Positions 9,224-17,177 of a stretch of 25,522 bases of DNA are shown one piece after another. A program made the position numbers and the translations under genes. The notes under the pieces are model-generated. The model saw only the letters and a program-made list of their open reading frames with translations. It was not told the DNA's origin and did not search any database. How positions within the stretch are numbered: the stretch's first letter is position 1; every line of letters begins with the position of its first letter. Location: positions 1-25,522 of the IMG/VR virus record IMGVR_UViG_3300044820_000014; one strand, given 5' to 3'. Origin of the DNA: a virus. Lineage: Duplodnaviria > Caudoviricetes.

Positions 9224-10444
9224 TTAAGTCAGATTGCTGATCTGGAAACTGAGAGACGTATCGTCGTAACCCGTTCCAGTGGAGTCGTGCCCGATCAAGC
9301 CAGCCGGCACCGAGATTGTTACGGTACGCGCACCTCCCGCCGTGCTCATCGGAGAGATATCCGCGCTGCCTAGCGAGAAGTTCGGAACGTTGATCGAAAT
9401 GAAGTTTTTCGGCTCTGCCGACAGGTCGACGGCAAGTAAGCTGAGAGAGAATCCGGTTTCATTCAGGAACGCGCTGAACTGGCTAAGATCCTTCTGCAGG
9501 ACAGTGAGGTTTAGCGTAACCTGATTGAGTCCCGGCAGCACAGTCGGAGAAATCTTGCTTCCGACGACAGCAGGCGCGACCGCTCCATTGTCGATGGTCA
9601 GATCAAATGACGAGATATCGGCGACATCAACGCCACCGAAGCGAAGTGTCGAGTCCAAGGCAGCCAGCGGAACGCCGGTAGGAAGCGTCGGAGATGTCAG
9701 GATTGCAGATCCAGAGTTCGCAGTAACGGCACCAGTTCCAACCCATGACGGCTCGAACATAATGATTCCGTTCGGAGACATGGAAATCTTGACGGACTTC
9801 CAAAAACAGTCTGTGAACACGCGGCTTGCAGCCAAATCAGCCTGCCACTCCTCAATGGTGAAATATCGATTCACTAGAGACCCGGCGGCCGGCATGATGA
9901 CCTTGCGACCACGACGAATGAGCGAGCACGATGTATCCGGAGTTGCATTGACGACAAGCGTTTCAGCAACGGTGATAGTCGTCGAGCTAAGACCGGTGAT
10001 ACGCAGATTTTTCCCGTTATTCGCTGCGTCCGTCAGGCCTGTTGCCTGGATAACGTCATTGACGCGGAAGCCGAGCGTGATTGGATTTCCACTCGTCAGA
10101 ACGATTGTGTGCAACCCCGTCGTCAGCGACGTGAAGTCGGTTTGCGTCTTTGTGATTTCAGAGTCCCAAGTGCCGCGAATGACGGCCTGGATAATCGGAT
10201 CAACTGACTGAATGGAAAGCTCTGTTGAATACGGCCCGCCAGCCGTCGTCTGCATTCCGTGGCGACCCTTGACCGGTTGCGCGTCTTGCCGGACTTCTTT
10301 GGACTGGATAGCTGCCTTCGAAAGCTTCCCCGGCTGGCCGCCGGTCTGCCGCAAGATCGTCCCGCCTGCGCCAGACGCTGCTGAGCCAAGCGCAGACTGC
10401 AACAGATACGAGGTATAGCCAGCAAAATTTGCCGAGTACGACAT
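9224..10444 (-). CDS. Major tail tube protein with an inserted beta-rich domain
   Basis: 406 aa; SKEVRQDAQ..GRHG, YFTIEEW and ISSFDLTIDNG motifs; AGGAG RBS; position after the tail terminator. Confidence 0.85.
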   Translation of the reverse strand: MSYSANFAGYTSYLLQSALGSAASGAGGTILRQTGGQPGKLSKAAIQSKEVRQDAQPVKGRHGMQTTAGGPYSTELSIQSVDPIIQAVIRGTWDSEITKTQTDFTSLTTGLHTIVLTSGNPITLGFRVNDVIQATGLTDAANNGKNLRITGLSSTTITVAETLVVNATPDTSCSLIRRGRKVIMPAAGSLVNRYFTIEEWQADLAASRVFTDCFWKSVKISMSPNGIIMFEPSWVGTGAVTANSGSAILTSPTLPTGVPLAALDSTLRFGGVDVADISSFDLTIDNGAVAPAVVGSKISPTVLPGLNQVTLNLTVLQKDLSQFSAFLNETGFSLSLLAVDLSAEPKNFISINVPNFSLGSADISPMSTAGGARTVTISVPAGLIGHDSTGTGYDDTSLSFQISNLT

Positions 10445-10472
10445 AGCGCTTAGCTCCTATAGTGCGCTGGGC

Positions 10473-10961
10473 TCACGCCCTATGGAAATAATTGAAGGGG
10501 ATTGTTTCCGTGACCCGGAACGTGCTTCCGGCCGACACGCCCTCTAGATCTGCTTTTGACCCGCCATCGGGCGGATACGGCGCGATCGTGCGGATATACG
10601 AGCCGTTTGCGTCCTGGTAGAAGGTTGCAGTTCGGAAGATCTCGCCGGCCTGCACCGCGTATTGCTGCGCGCGGTCTGTTCCTTCATCCATCGGCACTAG
10701 GATGTGCAGGATGATCAGGCCATCGTAGATGAAGAAGCGGTTTCCGACGTCGCCGAATGAGTAAGGCTCGCTGCGCGTTCCAGCGACTTCGCAAACCAGA
10801 AACGGCGCTGGATTTCCCGTGCTTGGATCGATCGGCGGGAACGGTGGTTCAGGCTGTTTATTGACATAGACGATAAGCGTTTTTGGATTCCCGCTACCGT
10901 CCACCCATTGCGAAACAAGCCGCGACTTGATCGCGGCGACGGCGCCTGCATAATCTGGCAT
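10473..10961 (-). CDS. Tail terminator / completion protein
   Basis: 162 aa immediately upstream of the tube gene; GLIILHILVPMDEG motif. Confidence 0.72.
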   Translation of the reverse strand: MPDYAGAVAAIKSRLVSQWVDGSGNPKTLIVYVNKQPEPPFPPIDPSTGNPAPFLVCEVAGTRSEPYSFGDVGNRFFIYDGLIILHILVPMDEGTDRAQQYAVQAGEIFRTATFYQDANGSYIRTIAPYPPDGGSKADLEGVSAGSTFRVTETIPFNYFHRA

Positions 10962-10965
10962 TGAT

Positions 10966-11442
10966 TTACCTAGATGTGATGATCAGGCACGGTTGCCGAA
11001 CAAGCCAATCCCGAAGCGCCTTTTGGCTGCCACCGCGGCGTCTTCCTGCCGCCTGCCCGGCCAAAGACCCGGCATAAGCTTGGACGCTTCCGAACCGCAC
11101 CGGCATGTAATCGAATCGAACGTTGACGCTGTTGCCATACCTCCCGGCAACAATTGGGGCCGTCTCCTCGTAAACGTGGAGAGGAGCGCGCATCCTTCCG
11201 TTTCCGACTTCGATAATCCGCGAGTACGGAACCGGGTTGCTGATTGCGATCTGCTGTCCAGGCTGCCAATTCTTCGCGTCTGGCGCGTTGTGCCCATCGA
11301 TGAACAGCATGTGACTGTCACGATAGAGGCCGGGGTGCGGGTCGTTACTTGATCCTACCGGAGACCGTTCGCGCAGCGTCTGCAAGGCAAACTTAACCAC
11401 CTCTTCCATATAGAAGTAGTTGTAGACGATTCGGTGTTTCAC
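10966..11442 (-). CDS. Neck / tail-completion protein (HK97 gp10-like), possibly the C-terminal part of a split gene
   Basis: SPV..G.YRDSH and ISNPVPYSRIIEVG motifs; GTG start overlapping the upstream TGA. Confidence 0.7.
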   Translation of the reverse strand: MKHRIVYNYFYMEEVVKFALQTLRERSPVGSSNDPHPGLYRDSHMLFIDGHNAPDAKNWQPGQQIAISNPVPYSRIIEVGNGRMRAPLHVYEETAPIVAGRYGNSVNVRFDYMPVRFGSVQAYAGSLAGQAAGRRRGGSQKALRDWLVRQPCLIITSR

Positions 11443-11720
11443 AACTCGATTGCAGAGTCTGGAGCGGCGTCAACACCATCGATAGACCGCGACACCCCTG
11501 TTGGATTGTTGGCGCTAACGATTTTTTCGTTCTCAGCCTGGATGGCGCGGATGAGTTGGCGCTTTGCCTGCTCTACTGCTGCCTTTGTCGCTAGAGGAAA
11601 CCCATTCGGGCCATCTTTGTAGCTATCATTGATGATCCCACTGTCATCCATGATGACTTCGGAATGCGCGCGGTGCGGATCGTAATCGATGTGATTCCCA
11701 GACGGGATCAGATTAACCAT
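11439..11720 (-). CDS. Hypothetical protein, possibly the N-terminal part of the neck protein
   Basis: 93 aa, coupled by overlaps on both sides. Confidence 0.6.
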   Translation of the reverse strand: MVNLIPSGNHIDYDPHRAHSEVIMDDSGIINDSYKDGPNGFPLATKAAVEQAKRQLIRAIQAENEKIVSANNPTGVSRSIDGVDAAPDSAIEL

Positions 11721-12109
11721 CAGCCAGCAACCCTTGCGTCGATCCGCACCAACTCGCCATTGATCACCTTGGCATCAACAAAGGTGATAGCCCGGAGTAC
11801 ATTGCGAACGATCATTTTATCGGCGCCGCCGACGCGCGGAATGCGCTGATCTACGTCAAACGGCGGCTGCAACGGCACATGGCCGCCAGGCCATTGCGCG
11901 TTGTTAATCTGAGTTGGCGATATGATGACGTTCAATTCCGTCGCCGGAATATTAGCAATTAGCTGTTCTGTCTTAAGCGCATCAACGCGGGCTCGGCATG
12001 TCACGTCAATATTGGTGACGTTTGCTCCAGTCCCGACAACACGCCGAAGAATGATATCCTCGCCACATGCGGCAAGCGCATTATCCAGACTAGAAACGAG
12101 GTCCGACAT
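11720..12109 (-). CDS. Head-closure / head-tail joining protein
   Basis: 129 aa; GEDIILRRVVG N-terminus, beta-rich, in the expected position. Confidence 0.68.
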   Translation of the reverse strand: MSDLVSSLDNALAACGEDIILRRVVGTGANVTNIDVTCRARVDALKTEQLIANIPATELNVIISPTQINNAQWPGGHVPLQPPFDVDQRIPRVGGADKMIVRNVLRAITFVDAKVINGELVRIDARVAG

Positions 12110-12514
12110 TTATCGAACCGACGCTCTTACGCTCAACGTCGTATTCACATAGGTTCCAACAGACGACACGACTGCGCGCAATTTATTGCCCAACAGTTCG
12201 TCGTTGATACCTTCTGCACCAAGCGCGGCGTAAGCCGTGACTGCCTTGCCGGAGCCGGCCTTGACCGTGCAATATTTGACGGCGGAAGCAGTCGTGAAAT
12301 CAAACCGCGCAATATCTCGCCAGTTCGTGTCGTCAAGCTGTGTCTGAACAACGACTGAGACTGACGTCCCACCAGATCCATAGGCCAGATAGGTTTCGAC
12401 CGTCACGGATGACATTCCGTAAAGGCTGCTGATGGCTGTCTGCGTACCCGCTGACGCCGCAATAGCAGTCGTGACAGGTAGATTCGCGAGCGAGTAGACC
12501 TGTGCGTTATCCAT
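12110..12514 (-). CDS. Putative virion decoration protein (paralog of 13175..13588)
   Basis: 134 aa, Thr/Ser/Ala-rich; shares YGSGGTSV...QT.LD...W.DIA.F.FTTASA.K and SVGTY with the 137-aa protein. Confidence 0.75.
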   Translation of the reverse strand: MDNAQVYSLANLPVTTAIAASAGTQTAISSLYGMSSVTVETYLAYGSGGTSVSVVVQTQLDDTNWRDIARFDFTTASAVKYCTVKAGSGKAVTAYAALGAEGINDELLGNKLRAVVSSVGTYVNTTLSVRASVR

Positions 12515-12526
12515 ATCAGATCCTCG

Positions 12527-13174
12527 TCACGCCATCACAATGACGCGGTAGTTGTCCAAGATATCGGAGATGTCCGGGGTAATGTTTCCAGCCTCTACTC
12601 CGGTCGCGACCCACCATGACCTATCAATAACGCCTGGGACCGATTCCTGTTTTAGGTTAGGGTCGCGCCCCTTAATCGAATATCGGCGCGTGACCATCCT
12701 GATTACCGCGTCTTCTACGTCATCCGGGATTGTATCGAATCCGCCTGTGAACGTTACCTCGATTGGGAGCGCGTACCATTTGCGCGGATAGCCGGTCGCA
12801 GACTCCAACCGGATCAGAGCGCCATTCTCTGCGTCGATTTTGAAGTCGGTATCTTGAACCAACGTCACGCCGTTTTCGACAACAGACGCGACAGAAACAA
12901 TCGGCCATCGAGACAGCCTCAGAATATCGACGCCACCCGGAATCACATATGGGTACGGGTCGCGATCGGGCCAGAATTGATCCTTGACCGTCTCGGCTTG
13001 AAAGCGGCGATTGCAGTATTGTGAAGCCGCAGCCGACGCGCTGGTGATATAGCGCTGCAATAGGTTGTTCTTTGAGTTATCGGTAATCGACAACTCATCC
13101 TTCACAACAGCTAGACTCGTGAGGTCGTAGCTTGGAGCAGCCGTAATGACAGTTGAGACAACCTTAATTGACAC
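12527..13174 (-). CDS. Head-tail connector (gp6-like adaptor)
   Basis: LTSLAVVKDELSI, YCNRRF and GGFDTIPDDVEDAV motifs. Confidence 0.85.
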   Translation of the reverse strand: MSIKVVSTVITAAPSYDLTSLAVVKDELSITDNSKNNLLQRYITSASAAASQYCNRRFQAETVKDQFWPDRDPYPYVIPGGVDILRLSRWPIVSVASVVENGVTLVQDTDFKIDAENGALIRLESATGYPRKWYALPIEVTFTGGFDTIPDDVEDAVIRMVTRRYSIKGRDPNLKQESVPGVIDRSWWVATGVEAGNITPDISDILDNYRVIVMA

Positions 13175-13588
13175 TTAAGCGGCCTGGTCAGTAACGACAT
13201 CAACGCGAAGATTCGTTGAACCCGCGTAAGTCCCAACCGACTTATACTTGACCCTGAAAAGCACCCCAAGTATGCCATCAACGCTTGTGTTGGCGGTGAT
13301 TGTTCCATCGGTCGGCGTTGCAGCCGTCGTCACCGCGGTATTCGTTTTCAGATTGTAGATTTTGCGCGCCGACGCGGTCGTAAAGCTGAAATTGGCGATA
13401 TCGCACCATGTTGAGCCGCCATCAAGGCTCGTCTGCAAATAGGCGTCTACGCTCGTCCCGCCGGATCCATAAGTGAAGTTGGCCTGAACCGTCAGGCTGC
13501 ACGGTTGAGCCGTTAGCTTTACGACCTCGGTCGTAAGAGCCGTCGAAATTGCAGCCGTGATGGTAAGATCAAGAAGCTTCACGATCAC
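13175..13588 (-). CDS. Putative virion decoration protein (paralog of 12110..12514)
   Basis: 137 aa, very Thr-rich, with QTSLDGGSTWCD motif. Confidence 0.75.
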   Translation of the reverse strand: MIVKLLDLTITAAISTALTTEVVKLTAQPCSLTVQANFTYGSGGTSVDAYLQTSLDGGSTWCDIANFSFTTASARKIYNLKTNTAVTTAATPTDGTITANTSVDGILGVLFRVKYKSVGTYAGSTNLRVDVVTDQAA

Positions 13589-13830
13589 GCATCCTTTGTT
13601 ACGTAGGTTGATTTGGGGGGTCGACAGCGGCGGGGGCGATCAACATCGACGGCTGGCACCATGTCGACGGTCACACGCTCACCGAACGCGCGGGAGTGCG
13701 GGGAATCCGGCATGTCTACCAACTCGCCGTCGCCAGCGTCAATGACGCGCTCTGCAACGTCTTCCGGAAGCATAGTTACGTCGCCGGCACCCCAAGGGCG
13801 CGTCGGCTTAAGAAAACGAACGCCGATCAT
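13585..13830 (-). CDS. Small head-module hypothetical protein
   Basis: 81 aa; VRFLKP...AGDV..LPEDVAERVIDAG pattern seen in small genes after capsid genes; GGAGG RBS and ATGA overlaps. Confidence 0.7.
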   Translation of the reverse strand: MIGVRFLKPTRPWGAGDVTMLPEDVAERVIDAGDGELVDMPDSPHSRAFGERVTVDMVPAVDVDRPRRCRPPKSTYVTKDA

Positions 13831-14582
13831 GCCGCCTCCGATTGCTTTTGTTCTATCGGGATCAGCACCGATTCCTCAATGCTTCCCTGATAATTCCAAG
13901 ATCCGACGTGCCCGAGCATGATGGTCGGGTCGACCCAAACTGAGTTTCCAAGTTTCCGCCACCGATCGCAGAACACATAGTCCTCTCCGGTTTCGCCTTC
14001 CTCGCCGTCATGATTCTGACGGAAGAATTCGTAATAGTGGTCGCGGAGACCCTGATCCCAATCCTTGCCGCCCGGCTTTTTCCATTCCGGATGGGCCGTC
14101 GCCATATCGTGCAAGACGCGGCGATTGATCAGCATTAGGGCTGCGCCGAACCCAAGCACCTCAACCGCGCCCATATCGTCCTGGATAAGCCGCCCTGCCC
14201 CGTCGTGCATGGGCCGCCAGCACCACACCGCCGGGTCGCTGTTCGGCTTCTGAACACGCATCCGACCTACGCCGCCAATCAGCGGCTTATCCGACGCCAA
14301 GAGCCGTAGAACTGCGTTCGGACTCCACTGCATATCGTCGTCAATGAAACAAAGATCTGTACAGTCAGATTTCAAGAAGTGCGCGCAAAGTTCGTTGCGC
14401 GCCTTTGAGATCACTGAACCACCGACCACGAATTGAAACGTCACCTTAATGCCCTGCTCTTGCAGGAACATCAGCGTAGACGCGAGGCTGGCCGTGTATT
14501 GCCACACCGGGTTACGAGCAATCGGCGTGCAGATCATCACCGAACGCTGGCGCGCTCGCTCAAGACGTTCTTGGGTGTTCAT
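13827..14582 (-). CDS. GT-A fold (GT2-like) glycosyltransferase
   Basis: VMICTP, ISKARN, FIDDD (DxD), GAALMLINRRV, GEDYVFC and LGHVG motifs. Confidence 0.85.
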   Translation of the reverse strand: MNTQERLERARQRSVMICTPIARNPVWQYTASLASTLMFLQEQGIKVTFQFVVGGSVISKARNELCAHFLKSDCTDLCFIDDDMQWSPNAVLRLLASDKPLIGGVGRMRVQKPNSDPAVWCWRPMHDGAGRLIQDDMGAVEVLGFGAALMLINRRVLHDMATAHPEWKKPGGKDWDQGLRDHYYEFFRQNHDGEEGETGEDYVFCDRWRKLGNSVWVDPTIMLGHVGSWNYQGSIEESVLIPIEQKQSEAA

Positions 14583-14592
14583 GCGACCCTAT

Positions 14593-15150
14593 CTATTGGA
14601 ACGAGAGATGGACTCTCGGCTTCGTGTGCAGGCTGAAATCTTGCGCCCTGATTGGTTTGACCGCGTTCATAACCGCGACCATTTCCGCCACCACGTTGCG
14701 CTCTAGGCGCACAGAGGTCATAATTTCGTCTGCGGACTGTCCGATGAAACGCCTATCAACCAGCAGATAGACGTTTTCTGTTTTCCAGTCGCCGCGATAG
14801 CCGTAATCCGCTTTCCAGAAGTACGGCTGCCCAAAGTAGTTCAGGCTGTTAAGGAAATACGGGCGTACGTGCGTCGGGTCTTCCCATGCATCGTCGCTAC
14901 TGCCATACGGCAGGCGCACTGTCGCGACGGCGTCTGGCGCGGCCACACGATACAATTCTTGCATAAGCGGGAGCGTGTTGTTGACGTGCTCCAGAACGTG
15001 AGAAAGAAGGAATTCTGAAACGCTATTGTCTTCAAATGGAAGCGTCGCCCGCTCCAAATCGACCACAGCATCAACGCGAGGGCCGGGTACGCAATCGATG
15101 TTTACCCAGCCCTCCTTGATGTTTCGACCGCAGCCTAGGTTAAGTTTCAA
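14593..15150 (-). CDS. Class I SAM-dependent methyltransferase
   Basis: KLNLGCG (motif I), VNID, LPFEDNSV, SHVLEH and DPTH motifs; TTG start without a clear SD. Confidence 0.9.
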   Translation of the reverse strand: MKLNLGCGRNIKEGWVNIDCVPGPRVDAVVDLERATLPFEDNSVSEFLLSHVLEHVNNTLPLMQELYRVAAPDAVATVRLPYGSSDDAWEDPTHVRPYFLNSLNYFGQPYFWKADYGYRGDWKTENVYLLVDRRFIGQSADEIMTSVRLERNVVAEMVAVMNAVKPIRAQDFSLHTKPRVHLSFQ

Positions 15151-15164
15151 GGCTGCGGACCGGA

Positions 15165-15635
15165 TTATGTCGGGAGCCGGTCGAAGCCGCCGAAGAACCC
15201 GACAGCGCGAGCAACGGCAGTATCGGTCTGGGTTGCAGACAGGTCCAGAGCGAAGTTCGCGCGGACATAGCGTCGAGCGGAAGTCAGGTTGACACCGATT
15301 TCAAACTCTCCCGCAGCGACAGATGCCGCGGTCGATCCGGTAGCCACCGTCGCGTAAGTGGCCGTCTGATAGTCCGACCAATTCGAATTATCAGCGCTAT
15401 CCTGGATCGCGTAGCCAACCGAGAGCGTCTTGCTGGTGGCAAGGGTCGCATCCCAAATAACCGAGATCGCGGCGGCATTCGGGAACGCGCCGTTCGGGAA
15501 CGCAAACCGATCAATGGTAACGCCGGTCGTGGTGGTGGAGTCGCCGGTGCCAGCGGCAGTTGCGGACGCAGCAGCCGAGAGACGCTTGAGGGCGCCCAAC
15601 GAGCTAACGTCACGCTGAAGCACAATATCAGCCAT
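15165..15635 (-). CDS. Capsid cement / decoration protein (Bbp16-like)
   Basis: 156 aa directly after the capsid gene with AAGGA RBS; Ala/Thr-rich; IQDSADNSNWSD and RRYVR motifs. Confidence 0.72.
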   Translation of the reverse strand: MADIVLQRDVSSLGALKRLSAAASATAAGTGDSTTTTGVTIDRFAFPNGAFPNAAAISVIWDATLATSKTLSVGYAIQDSADNSNWSDYQTATYATVATGSTAASVAAGEFEIGVNLTSARRYVRANFALDLSATQTDTAVARAVGFFGGFDRLPT

Positions 15636-15675
15636 GGAATTGATCCTTGATCAAGAATGAATGTGATGGGGTGGA

Positions 15676-15700
15676 GAGCCCGGCGATTAACGCCGGGCTC
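15676..15700 (-). promoter_or_regulatory. Hairpin downstream of the capsid gene (mRNA stabiliser or weak terminator)
   Basis: Perfect 10-bp stem GAGCCCGGCG-TTAAT-CGCCGGGCTC with no U-tract. Confidence 0.6.
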
Positions 15701-15710
15701 AGTTGAAGGC

Positions 15711-17084
15711 TTACGAAATCGCCGGAGCCCAACGGACCATCTGGATGACAGCCACCGCCGCATCGTGGCGGATCTGGAAGTCATGCTCCGCGATAGCTCG
15801 GATGATGGTCTGGTCGGACTGGAACGCGGACACGGTAGTTCCGTTGGAATCCACGTAGTTGCCCTCGCGCGAAACGGCGAGTTCGAGCTGCATCGAGTCG
15901 AGCAGCATAGCCTCGGTCATTTCGACAAGATACACGAACGAGTTGTCCTTGTTCGAGCTGGCGGCGTCCCAGATATTGACCGGGATCTGCGTGGTTTTCT
16001 TGATCGGATAGGTAAGCAGCGTTCCGCGGATCAGTTCGTCGCGATAGACATACACGCCGAGGCTGTTCTGAACGTTGAACAGATAGTTGTAGGACCGTGG
16101 GTGCATGAACCAGACGCGCTTGCTGTCCGGCACGTTCGCCGTATCCAGCTTGTTGACAGCGCCGCCAAGCTCCGACGCAACGGTCGCGAGCGTGTACGAC
16201 GACGTAGAACTGATCCAGTTGCCGCCGGCACCGAGCGTGCTGTTGCCCGAAGTCGAGAACACCGGAACGGTCGAACCATAGGCGCCGGCAAACGAGAGGA
16301 AGCCGCGCGGGGTGTCCTGAGTTCCGTCGCCCTGGATAAACGCAAGATCCTCACGAAGCGCGATCACCTTTACCAAGTCGTCACGCACGAAAGCATCAAT
16401 CGCCGGATCCGCATAACGCAGCATGTCATTGGACACCGGGACCAGCGCGGTCAGCTTCTTGTAGCTGGCGACGATCTGGTTGAGGGTCTGCTGCGACTGC
16501 GTGATGGCCTTGGTTTCAGAACCATACGCGGCGGTCGCGGCACTCGCCTGACCGGGCAGCGTCATGGTGCCACGCGGCATCGGGATGTTGCGGGGGCCGG
16601 CGGAACGAACGACCGCCTGAGCGCGCAACAGCGGGATGACTTCGGTCATCACGTCCGGGGGGACGATGAAGCCGCCCGCGGCGCCAGAGCTAGTGATCAG
16701 GGCCTTGGTGACGGGGTGGTTCTCGCCGTACATTTCCTTGGATGCGGTGCGAGCATTATAGATATTGCCGCCGCCGACACCGATCATCTTGGCGACACCA
16801 CCAAGCATCAGCGACTTTTCCTTGGTGTACGGGTCGTTCTCGACGGTCGCCGGGACGGTTCGCTCTTGGCCAGGGGACGGCTGCGCGCCCTTGGCAGAGA
16901 TTTCCTGCACTTCCTTCGCGCGCGCGATTTCCGCGTCAATGTCGGCTACAGCCTTTTTCTTGGCGTCGTAGTCGGCCTGATCGGTCTCGGGCTTGAAGTC
17001 TTTCTTCTCGGCAATCGCCTTGAAGTCGTCGAAGGCCGCGGCCCGCTTCTGCAGCAGGTCGGCCACCTTAACGTGGACGGTCAT
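15711..17084 (-). CDS. Major capsid protein (HK97 fold) with N-terminal delta-like domain
   Basis: GGFIVPPDV, KKLTALVPVSNDML, EDLAFIQGDG and WFMHP motifs. The ATG at 17084 follows AAGGA and is preferred over 17135. Confidence 0.95.
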   Translation of the reverse strand: MTVHVKVADLLQKRAAAFDDFKAIAEKKDFKPETDQADYDAKKKAVADIDAEIARAKEVQEISAKGAQPSPGQERTVPATVENDPYTKEKSLMLGGVAKMIGVGGGNIYNARTASKEMYGENHPVTKALITSSGAAGGFIVPPDVMTEVIPLLRAQAVVRSAGPRNIPMPRGTMTLPGQASAATAAYGSETKAITQSQQTLNQIVASYKKLTALVPVSNDMLRYADPAIDAFVRDDLVKVIALREDLAFIQGDGTQDTPRGFLSFAGAYGSTVPVFSTSGNSTLGAGGNWISSTSSYTLATVASELGGAVNKLDTANVPDSKRVWFMHPRSYNYLFNVQNSLGVYVYRDELIRGTLLTYPIKKTTQIPVNIWDAASSNKDNSFVYLVEMTEAMLLDSMQLELAVSREGNYVDSNGTTVSAFQSDQTIIRAIAEHDFQIRHDAAVAVIQMVRWAPAIS

Positions 17085-17177
17085 GGTTGATAATCCTTGA
17101 AAATGCGGACACGCCGCAGGGGTCGCCTTGCCCAAGAGCAGTTGAGGGCGGGACCAGCCTGTCGCTGGGACGATTGA

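Noticed and set aside
9279-10418. Plus-strand ORFs opposite the tail tube gene (and similar ones at 2350-2703 and 8053-8721)
   Set aside because: Antisense shadows with no RBS or protein-like features.
15150-15240. Possible -1 frameshift fusing the decoration protein to the methyltransferase (that frame is open upstream and its TTG lacks an SD)
   Set aside because: No slippery heptamer or stimulatory structure was found; weak re-initiation is the simpler explanation.
15657-17090. 477-aa plus-strand ORF
   Set aside because: Mirrors the capsid gene; an expected antisense open frame from biased codon use, with no recognisable motifs.
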